A stretch of 23,961 nt of DNA from assembly GCA_038882655.1 (NCBI GenBank), contig JAVZNT010000014.1, positions 1 through 23,961 of the forward strand, written 5' to 3'. The stretch comes from Candidatus Bathyarchaeia archaeon. GTDB lineage: Archaea; Thermoproteota; Bathyarchaeia; Bathyarchaeales; Bathycorpusculaceae. Positions 16,822 through 23,961 of the stretch are shown one piece after another. The translations under genes and the position numbers were made by a program. The notes below the pieces were generated by a model that had not been told where the DNA came from, did not search any database, and saw only the letters and a program-made list of their open reading frames with translations. Each line of letters starts with the position of its first letter. Positions within the stretch are counted from its first letter, which is position 1.

Positions 16822-17298
16822 CTGTTCATAGCCCCATATGTCCCCACCCCGCTTCCGGTTGTACGCCATATGCTTATTTTAGCACAACTTAAACCCGGTG
16901 AAGTTTTCTTTGACCTAGGTGCTGGTGATGGCAGAACCGTAATAATGGCTGCTAAGGAGTTTGGCGCAAGGGCTGTCGGCGTAGAATTACGCGAAGACCT
17001 TGCAAAAAGAGCCCTAAGCACAGTCTATGAGGAAGGCCTCCAAGATAAAGTGACAATAGTTAATGGCGACATGTTCAACGTTGACCTCTCATCTGCTGAC
17101 GTTGTATTCCTATACTTAACCACAAGCGCTAATGAGAAAATAAAACCCAAACTTGAGGCTGAACTCAAGTCTGGAGTTCGTGTCGTCTCCCACGACTATG
17201 AAGTCGTTGGTTGGAGACCATTAAAAGTGGAAAACTTCTGCGAAAACCCCAAACTTGGATATCCATCTCACACAATTTACTTATATAAGAAAGTTTAG
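16822..17298 (+). CDS. Class I SAM-dependent methyltransferase (archaeal protein-lysine methyltransferase / FAM173-like)
   Basis: FIAPYVPTP...ML, FDLGAGDGR, ADVVFLYL, RVVSHDY. The family N-terminus lies upstream of the track's ATG 16870 and implies a CTG start at 16822. Confidence 0.85.
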   Translation: MFIAPYVPTPLPVVRHMLILAQLKPGEVFFDLGAGDGRTVIMAAKEFGARAVGVELREDLAKRALSTVYEEGLQDKVTIVNGDMFNVDLSSADVVFLYLTTSANEKIKPKLEAELKSGVRVVSHDYEVVGWRPLKVENFCENPKLGYPSHTIYLYKKV

Positions 17299-17326
17299 CG
17301 CTGTTTAACGATGAAAATGGCAAGGC

Positions 17327-17761
17327 TTGAATATGCCCCAGTCTTTTAAGGCATTATATAAGGTTTCATGGGTGGACACGGACGCCGCCCAGATAGTTCA
17401 CTTCTCTAATTATTTTAGGTTCTTTGAAAGGGCAGAAGAAGAATTTTACCAGCATCTTGGATTGATAAAATGGCTGGGCACGGAAAACGTGATAATGCCA
17501 CGTGTGGAGGCCTTCTGCCAATTCAAGAAACCGGCAAAGTTCAACGACCTCCTTGAAATAGAGCTTACAGTGGAAGAGTTGAAGGAAAAAGCCGTAAAAT
17601 ACGGATTCAAGATATACAATAAAGAAACGGCTGAATTGCTGGCCAACGGCTATCTAGTGGCAGTTGCCGTGAATAGACACACGTTAAAAACCACGCAAAT
17701 CCCGAAGGATGTTGTTGAAAAACTAAAGGCTTATTATTGCGGCGAAGAAAAACGAAAATAA
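17327..17761 (+). CDS. Acyl-CoA thioesterase (4HBT/YbgC hotdog family)
   Basis: VSWVDTDAAQIVHFSNYFRFFE, FKKPAKFND. Confidence 0.9.
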   Translation: MNMPQSFKALYKVSWVDTDAAQIVHFSNYFRFFERAEEEFYQHLGLIKWLGTENVIMPRVEAFCQFKKPAKFNDLLEIELTVEELKEKAVKYGFKIYNKETAELLANGYLVAVAVNRHTLKTTQIPKDVVEKLKAYYCGEEKRK

Positions 17762-17820
17762 ACTTTTAATTTGGGCTTTTAAACTCCAAATTTTGTAAGA
17801 AGACTTGAAAGGCGAGGATA

Positions 17821-18336
17821 GTGTTGTTCGTTCCATGGCAGTATATTGCAGACTGGAAATGTAACACTTGCGGCTTGTGCTGCAAGGCCTACAGCGTAGT
17901 CTTAAACTTCCAAGAATGGCTAAAAATAGTAAAAAACTACGGCGTAGAAACAACAGTTTCGGGCTTAAACAAGCTATACTTGCAGAGAAAAACAGATGGT
18001 TCATGCGTATTCCTCTACAAAGTGGCGGGCATGCACCTATGCGGACTACAACGCATGAAGCCAATGGCGTGCAAACTCTGGCCCTTCAAAATTTTAGCTA
18101 CTCCAAAATTTGGGTATGCAAAAGAGGCCCTATACGCCTACGGTGGGAAAACCCTATACGTGTATGCTGATTCCACATGCGCTGGACTAATTTATGGAAG
18201 ACCAACATGGGAGTTTGCAAACAAAACCCTAAAAGAGTTTATAGAAATCGCCATTGGACTTCGCATTGACCAAAAGCAAAGTAAGGCGGACGTAGATTTT
18301 GTCCAACAATACCCTTCAATAAGGAGACTTTTCTAA
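17821..18336 (+). CDS. YkgJ / CxxCxxCC family protein
   Basis: WKCNTCGLCC, GSCVFL, LCGLQRMKPMACKLWPF. Confidence 0.88.
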   Translation: MLFVPWQYIADWKCNTCGLCCKAYSVVLNFQEWLKIVKNYGVETTVSGLNKLYLQRKTDGSCVFLYKVAGMHLCGLQRMKPMACKLWPFKILATPKFGYAKEALYAYGGKTLYVYADSTCAGLIYGRPTWEFANKTLKEFIEIAIGLRIDQKQSKADVDFVQQYPSIRRLF

Positions 18337-18419
18337 AAAGGCTTTATGATCAATCCTTTGACCACTTTTATCCATAACCCTTAACAATTAGCATAAACTC
18401 CAATAAGAGAACTAAAGGA

Positions 18420-19358
18420 TTGAGAAGTTTGGAAGCTGTAAAGTCGATAAACCTTGTCAAGATATACCACGGCAAAGAGACTGTTGAAGCCTTAAAAGGA
18501 GTTACCTTATCCATCAGGAAAGGTGAACTGTTCACTTTGCTTGGTCCAAATGGCGCTGGCAAAACTACCTTTTTGAGGATTATTTCTACGCAATTGCTGC
18601 CAACAAGTGGCGAAGCCTATGTTTCAGGGTTTAACGTCCTAGGCGAAGCTGAAAAAGTGCGAGAGCACATAGCCGTTGTACCACAAGATGTTGCAACTTA
18701 CGGCAATTTTACGCCTTGGGAGTACTGCTACTATTTTTCATTGCTTCGCGGCATGACAAAGCAGAAAGCTAAAGAAACTTCTGAAAAAGCCTTAAAGGCT
18801 GTTGAGTTGTGGGAGCTTAAAAACCGTACGTGTGCAACGCTTTCAGGTGGCGAAAAGAAGAGGGCAATAATTGCGGCTGCTCTGGCTTCAGATGTTGAAG
18901 TGTTGATGCTGGATGAACCTACAAGCGGTTTAGACGCAATAGCTAGGAGAAAAGTTTGGACAGTTTTGAGGGAAATGGTTGAGCGTGGCAAGACCATCCT
19001 TTTAACAACTCACATTATGGAGGAAGCCGAAATGGTCTCGGATAGACTGGCAATAATCCATAAGGGCGAGTTAATGGCGCAAGGAAGCGCTGAAGAAATT
19101 AAGGGATTAGTCAACGAGAAGTTTAGGGTTGTTGTAGAAGGTGATGTGAAAACCATTAAAGAACATTTCTACAATAACTCTTCGGCGAGTTTCGGCAACA
19201 AAACCATAATTTATGTTGCGGATGGAGATGAAGCCATAGAACTTGTAAGAAAAGCCCTTAAGAGCGGCTTGAAGGCTGAAGCTTCACCAATCACTCTTGA
19301 GGATGTTTTTGTAAAGCTTGTTGGGGAGGAAAAGAATGGTATTCAAAAAAATGGTTAG
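18420..19358 (+). CDS. ABC transporter ATP-binding protein (DrrA-like)
   Basis: GPNGAGKT, LSGGEKKR, MLDEPTSGLD, TTH. Confidence 0.95.
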   Translation: MRSLEAVKSINLVKIYHGKETVEALKGVTLSIRKGELFTLLGPNGAGKTTFLRIISTQLLPTSGEAYVSGFNVLGEAEKVREHIAVVPQDVATYGNFTPWEYCYYFSLLRGMTKQKAKETSEKALKAVELWELKNRTCATLSGGEKKRAIIAAALASDVEVLMLDEPTSGLDAIARRKVWTVLREMVERGKTILLTTHIMEEAEMVSDRLAIIHKGELMAQGSAEEIKGLVNEKFRVVVEGDVKTIKEHFYNNSSASFGNKTIIYVADGDEAIELVRKALKSGLKAEASPITLEDVFVKLVGEEKNGIQKNG

Positions 19359-20079
19359 AGATGCCCTTGTGATTGCTGCCTTGAAGGCTATACCTGATCT
19401 GAAAAGGCAACCGTTGGTTTTGATGGTTATGGGTTTGATAAGTGCCCTACCCCTCTTCTTTATACTAGTTTTCGGCGGCGAAATCAGCTATGGACTAGTA
19501 GGCGCTATGATTTCAACAGTGGGCTTTATAGGCGTAGCCTCTGCGATACAGGACATAACCTTTGACAGATATGTGAAAATTAGAGAGATTATTGTAGCCA
19601 TGCCTGTTCACCCAGTTTCATATATGATTGGAGCAACCCTAGCCCCGTTAATATTCTCGTTGCCTGGTTTTGCTTTCTTCTTAGCCATTGCCTTGTGGCT
19701 TGGTTTTATACCCCCACAAGCGTTGGGTTGGATTATTGCAGCCTTGCTCTTGTGCTGGGCTGTTTTAAGCGGTATAGGCTTTGTCATATCTACGTACCTT
19801 AGAAGGGCAAGCATATACACTTTAAACAATTTAGCCAACATTCTTGGACTTGGATTAGTTTTTCTTCCACCAGTCTATTATCCGGAAGAGTTGCTGGGTG
19901 AGCTAAGTTGGATAGCGATATTGTTTCCAACGTCTAACGCCGCTGGATTAATAAGAGCCTATTCCGGACTTACACACTTTTCACAAGAAATAGTCTTGAT
20001 TCGCTGGGTTGTCCTTTTGGCTATGATGGCTATTTCAGCGTTTCTCGTGGCTTTTAAGGCGAGATGGAGAGAGCCGTAA
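19336..20079 (+). CDS. ABC-2 type permease
   Basis: About six TM segments, FLPPVYYP...FPTS; overlaps the ATPase end. Likely ATG 19336 after GGAGG. Confidence 0.88.
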   Translation: MVFKKMVRDALVIAALKAIPDLKRQPLVLMVMGLISALPLFFILVFGGEISYGLVGAMISTVGFIGVASAIQDITFDRYVKIREIIVAMPVHPVSYMIGATLAPLIFSLPGFAFFLAIALWLGFIPPQALGWIIAALLLCWAVLSGIGFVISTYLRRASIYTLNNLANILGLGLVFLPPVYYPEELLGELSWIAILFPTSNAAGLIRAYSGLTHFSQEIVLIRWVVLLAMMAISAFLVAFKARWREP

Positions 20080-20090
20080 GCACTTCCGCA

Positions 20091-21887
20091 TTAAATGGAC
20101 TGCACTGGGTAACGCTCATATTGCAGTTCATAAAGCTTCTTTAACTTTTCAACAGTGTCTATTTCCTCTATGGTTTTGTCCGTTCTGAAGCGCACTATTT
20201 TAGGCACTCTTAAGGCGTATCCGCTCGTGTATTCATCTGTTTCCTGAATTTCTTGATATGTAACTTCCACAACAACAGTTGGCTTTACAAATACTCCTTC
20301 GTCGTCTCCGCTGGTTTTTGTCCTCTCAACAATTGTTGCAAGGGTGTCCATGGTTTGTTCTGGAAGGTTTGAAACTTTCCCTATAGTGTAGAGCCTCTTT
20401 TCTTTAGGGTCTCGAACCGCTAGGAGGAAGGATGAGTATAAGCCTGCGCGTCTTCCCTTCCCGTATAGGGCTTTTACTATTGTGCAGTCTATTGTGTCGC
20501 GTTCTGGTTTTAGCTTAAGCCATGTGTAGGTGCGCTGTCCAATCTCGTATGGCGCATTTAGGTCTTTCACAACTATGCCTTCGAAGCCCTTCTTTAGGGC
20601 TTCATCGTAGAAGCGCATAAGCTCAACCTCATTTTGGCACTCAACGCCCTCAGCAAGATATTCTGGCGGAACAACCTCCACCAAGTATTTGCGCCTCTCA
20701 TAAAGCGGCAAGCCGGTGAGTTCTCGTCCATTTAGAAAGAGGATGTCGAAGGCTCTATATGTAACTCGAACCTTTTCCATCCTTTCTGCAAGCTCTTCCG
20801 GTGTCAGTTCCCTTGGTACAGTTCTTTCGAGCATGACTTGGAAGGGTAACGGTTTACCATACTGGTCTACGGCCAGTACTTCGCCGTCTACGATGCAGCT
20901 CTGGGCATTAAACTTCTTGGCTATTTCCACAATTTCCGGCAGCGTCTGAGACTTTTCAACTCCACGCCTTGAGAAAATCCATGTTTGAGTTCCCCACCTG
21001 TGGATTTGAAGGCGGCTTCCATCAATTTTGTATTCAGCTCTAACTGGGTAGACAACTTTGTCCGGCTCGTATAGGTGGGCTAGTTGGGGTCTTATAAACT
21101 GTCCGGGACGCATTTTTACCTCTGCCAGTTTTGGCAGTCCTTCTGAGGCTAGGCTTATTCCTTCAGCTATGCCCATTATGACGCACGCGTTCTGGATTAG
21201 CTCCACTGGAACTTGGTAGGCTCTCGCCGCAGCCCTCATGACAGTGCTTGCATAGTAGCCAAGCTTCAAATCACCCAACAGAAGCCGGACAACGTATTTT
21301 GCCTCTTGGGGCGTTGCAGTCAGCAGGAGGCTTGCAACGTAGAGTTCGCGTTCTTTCACGCCTTTCAGTTTTGGAAGAAGCATAATCGCCTCATAGACCT
21401 CGTTTACAGAAAGTTTTGGCTCTGAAGGCTTTTTAAGGAGATAAGCCACCTCACCGTGCTCCCCATAATCTATAAGAAGTTTCCTAACCTCACTTTTTGA
21501 GACACCGGTGGCTAAGCTTAGGCTCCTCTCCACCAATCCTGGTCCAACTTTTAGGCTTTCATCAGTTATTATTCCCAAGGCTAGGCGCGCCTTAACCTCA
21601 AGGGAAAGCTCAGCTGTTTTGAAGAATTTGGCCAGTTCCGTCTCTTTCCCCTTTTTTCCGCGGAGCACTGCCAGCCGCTCGTAAACCTCAACCATTTTTG
21701 AGAAGGGCATGTCTTTTCTAGGCTCTTTTCCCTCCATGTATAAGCGAATAAGATAGTATGGTATGCCAGTCTGCCACTCTATCTGTTCTGGAGAGAAGCC
21801 AGCCTCAATTAGATGGAGGACAGCCTCCCTCTTCGAGCCATAGGCTTCTATCAGCTCTTTTATGGTTGGCGGCTTAACTATTGACAT
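20091..21887 (-). CDS. lig: ATP-dependent DNA ligase with extra N-terminal HTH-like segment
   Basis: Motifs I EYKIDGSR, III VDGE, IIIa AFDILF, IV EGIVVK, V WLKLKP, VI RFRTDK. DNA-binding domain includes YGEHGEVA and RLLLGDLKLG. Confidence 0.9.
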   Translation of the reverse strand: MSIVKPPTIKELIEAYGSKREAVLHLIEAGFSPEQIEWQTGIPYYLIRLYMEGKEPRKDMPFSKMVEVYERLAVLRGKKGKETELAKFFKTAELSLEVKARLALGIITDESLKVGPGLVERSLSLATGVSKSEVRKLLIDYGEHGEVAYLLKKPSEPKLSVNEVYEAIMLLPKLKGVKERELYVASLLLTATPQEAKYVVRLLLGDLKLGYYASTVMRAAARAYQVPVELIQNACVIMGIAEGISLASEGLPKLAEVKMRPGQFIRPQLAHLYEPDKVVYPVRAEYKIDGSRLQIHRWGTQTWIFSRRGVEKSQTLPEIVEIAKKFNAQSCIVDGEVLAVDQYGKPLPFQVMLERTVPRELTPEELAERMEKVRVTYRAFDILFLNGRELTGLPLYERRKYLVEVVPPEYLAEGVECQNEVELMRFYDEALKKGFEGIVVKDLNAPYEIGQRTYTWLKLKPERDTIDCTIVKALYGKGRRAGLYSSFLLAVRDPKEKRLYTIGKVSNLPEQTMDTLATIVERTKTSGDDEGVFVKPTVVVEVTYQEIQETDEYTSGYALRVPKIVRFRTDKTIEEIDTVEKLKKLYELQYERYPVQSI

Positions 21888-21913
21888 TTACCTTTATCAC
21901 TGCCACGCTGAGG

Positions 21914-23164
21914 CTACTTTGTTTCGGCTTCTGGGGTTTTTGGTATGGGCTCTATCGCCCTTAAGAAACCGTCTTTTGTTATGTCGACTCTTATTCTTCG
22001 TCGTTCAAAGTTGCACATGCGGCAGTCTAGGACGCGGGCTATGCGGACGAATTCTCCTCTGTCAACGCCTAAATCCACTTGTTGGTCATACCAGTAAACG
22101 CGCCCGTAATCCACTATTATTGTTCCGTCGAGGTTGTGGGCTAAGCCTATTCCGCCCGCCATGTCGTAGCTGTCCCAGACTTCTGAACTGCGCTGGTTCA
22201 CGTAGAGGGCTGTTATGCCATGCACTTGATTGTAGCGGGCTAACTCCATGACACGGTATTTTAGGGCTCCACGGTAGGCTTCCAGCACAGTGACGGAGTC
22301 TATTATGGCTAGTTCAATCTTCTCTTTTTCGGCTACATAGCGATATGTCTCCGCGAAAGTGTTCCAGTCGCGGAGCTCAGGATAAGCCACAGTATCCAAA
22401 ACAAAGAGATTTTCACGTATCTTACTCCAATCCAAGCCCAAAATGTCAGCTTTCTGCTTAAGCCTAGACTGCAAATCAAAACGTGGAGTGGCGCTCTTCC
22501 ACGTGTCCTCAGCCGTTGCGTAAAGAACCTTTCTGCCCGAGGCAGCCACCCTCACAGCTATCTCTTCAACAAGTATGGATTTTCCAGCCCCGGGCAAACC
22601 GGTAATGGCGAATTGTCCACATATTGGGATTCCTCCAAGGCTTTTTCCGTCTGGTGTTAGGAAGAGCTGGTCTAGGAAGGTGCCTGTCGGAAAGCCTAGT
22701 AGAGGCTTTTTTGCCTCTATCGCCTCGTCTGGCTTAAGCACGAGTGTGCTTAGCTTCTCTTTGCCCTCCTCAATTCTTGTTGTCATAGGTTTTGTGGCAA
22801 GCTCCCACTCGTCTGCTGGCGCCCTGACACTTTTCATGGCTTCTGCAAGCGTTTGAGCCATAGCCCTAACAAGGCTCTCAATTTCTGGAGCGACGGCTTC
22901 GGGTTTCGGCTGCACCACGGCTTCCGGAGGCTTTGCTGGGGCTTCTGCTGGCTTCTCTATCAGTTTTGGCTTTGCCTCTTCAACTGTGAGCGCCCATAGC
23001 TCGCCTCGACGCTCCACAACCCCCTTATTCTTAAGGGACTGCAGAAGTGCATAGGCGGATTTTGGTCCATACTTTGGTATGCCTAAGCCCTCTGCAATCT
23101 CGCTTAGGGAAGCTTGTCCGCCGTGGGCTTTGAGAAACTCAACTATGTCATTTTCCTCAACCAT
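21914..23164 (-). CDS. KaiC/RecA-superfamily ATPase (TIGR03878-like single-domain KaiC) with N-terminal wHTH and Pro/Ala/Glu linker
   Basis: PTG..LD...GGIP, Walker A GLPGAGKS, Walker B IIDSVT, AGGIGLAHNLDGTI, DCRMC. N-terminal ASLSEIAEGLGI...LKNKGVVER. Likely ATG 23164. Confidence 0.88.
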   Translation of the reverse strand: MVEENDIVEFLKAHGGQASLSEIAEGLGIPKYGPKSAYALLQSLKNKGVVERRGELWALTVEEAKPKLIEKPAEAPAKPPEAVVQPKPEAVAPEIESLVRAMAQTLAEAMKSVRAPADEWELATKPMTTRIEEGKEKLSTLVLKPDEAIEAKKPLLGFPTGTFLDQLFLTPDGKSLGGIPICGQFAITGLPGAGKSILVEEIAVRVAASGRKVLYATAEDTWKSATPRFDLQSRLKQKADILGLDWSKIRENLFVLDTVAYPELRDWNTFAETYRYVAEKEKIELAIIDSVTVLEAYRGALKYRVMELARYNQVHGITALYVNQRSSEVWDSYDMAGGIGLAHNLDGTIIVDYGRVYWYDQQVDLGVDRGEFVRIARVLDCRMCNFERRRIRVDITKDGFLRAIEPIPKTPEAETK

Positions 23165-23248
23165 AAACTCTCCCAATTTAACGCCGATAGTTTTCTAAAT
23201 ATTTTTGTAAAAGTTTAGGCTTTTAAATATACCCCTCCATAGGCGACT

Positions 23249-23692
23249 TTAAACGCGCTTTTCAATGGGCTTAACAAACTCTATGGTCACGCTTTTTCCT
23301 CTTTTCCTCCACCGCTGCCTTTTAAGCTGCTCCCTAATTATGTCTATTGCTGTTTCCATATCAAAGGGCTTTAGCAAGTAGGGATAGGGCCTCTTACTAA
23401 CTTTGCTAACCATCTCCATGACTTTTCTAAGTGAAGGCTTGTCAGCAATAACAATGACCTGGGTTGAAGGCGCCATTCTACTAATCTTTTTTAGAAAAAC
23501 CGTTAATTCCATGTCTGGTAGGGAGTAATCTACGAGGGTAAGGTTGGGGTGTCTTACCTTGGCTATTTTTAGGGCTTCTTCTCCTGTTTTTGCCGTGTTA
23601 ACGGTGTAGCCAACATATTCAAGGACTGTCTTCAAAATCTTTCTTACACTCTCATCGTCGTCGACAACGAGGATTCTGGCACTTTCACCCAT
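23249..23692 (-). CDS. Single-domain response regulator (receiver), divergent
   Basis: ILVVDDD, LVDYSLPDM (phospho-Asp), YLLKPF. The beta-4 Thr/Ser is replaced (VIADKP). Confidence 0.85.
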   Translation of the reverse strand: MGESARILVVDDDESVRKILKTVLEYVGYTVNTAKTGEEALKIAKVRHPNLTLVDYSLPDMELTVFLKKISRMAPSTQVIVIADKPSLRKVMEMVSKVSKRPYPYLLKPFDMETAIDIIREQLKRQRWRKRGKSVTIEFVKPIEKRV

Positions 23693-23961
23693 ACTTTTTC
23701 CTCCTCTTCTCTTTCCTTTTGCGGCTTAACTGGAACCGTCACTGTGAATGTTGTGCACCTGTTAGGGGCGCTTTCCACGGTGATTCTGCCATCATGTGCT
23801 TCAATAATGCGTTTGCATATGGGCAAGCCTAATCCCAAACCCTTAGCCTTTGTTGTGAAAAAGGGCGTCCAAAGTTTTTCTAAAACCTCTTTTGACATGC
23901 CCACACTGTGTCTGCAAAAGAAATTTCCATAAAATCACCATTTTTTCTGCTGGATATAGTG
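23644..23961 (-). pseudogene. 3' end of a sensor histidine kinase (HATPase_c), frameshifted in the G1 box; 5' part outside the window
   Basis: Upstream frame reads TISSRKNGDFMEISFADT, then shifts to VGMSKEVLEKLWTPFFTTKAKGLGLGLPIC. The sequence GAC ACA GT GTG lacks one G of GGT near 23906. Confidence 0.8.

Noticed and set aside
3148-22856. Numerous 60-160 aa antisense or alternate-frame ORFs inside recognised genes
   Set aside because: Shadow ORFs with no motifs, fully overlapping well-supported CDSs.
22860-22990. Repeat-like DNA in the KaiC-like gene
   Set aside because: Explained by a low-complexity Pro/Ala/Glu/Lys linker, not a DNA repeat array.
1-23961. CRISPR array, intact transposase, rRNA
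   Set aside because: No regularly spaced direct repeats, DDE/HUH transposase ORF or rRNA-like sequence seen; the window is almost entirely coding.

Overview
Archaeal chromosomal window. Gene content, GGAGG/GGTGA ribosome-binding sites, frequent TTG/GTG starts and the kinase/receiver style suggest Bathyarchaeia (inference). No tRNA, rRNA or CRISPR array was found. 1-2730 looks like an accessory or defence-like patch: a DUF3800-like RNase H-fold gene with a 3' hairpin, a divergent unknown gene, an operator-flanked gene remnant and an unannotated Zn-ribbon ORF. 2823-9302 is a redox/metal-stress cluster: protein disulfide oxidoreductase, DUF166, ArsC-like, DUF6448, CDF transporter, DUF438-hemerythrin-PAS, FprA and a Cys-rich HTH regulator with a perfect 20-bp palindrome. 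9312-12764 holds a split RLAN/RimK ATP-grasp pair divergent from a GCS2 ligase and a CxxCxxCC protein. Next come a nitroreductase, Lhr helicase, methyltransferase, thioesterase, second CxxCxxCC protein and an ABC-2 exporter. The window ends with an HTH-fused ATP-dependent DNA ligase directly downstream of a wHTH-fused KaiC-like ATPase, then a degenerate receiver and a frameshifted histidine kinase end. All family calls come from motif recognition by eye; no database searches were run.
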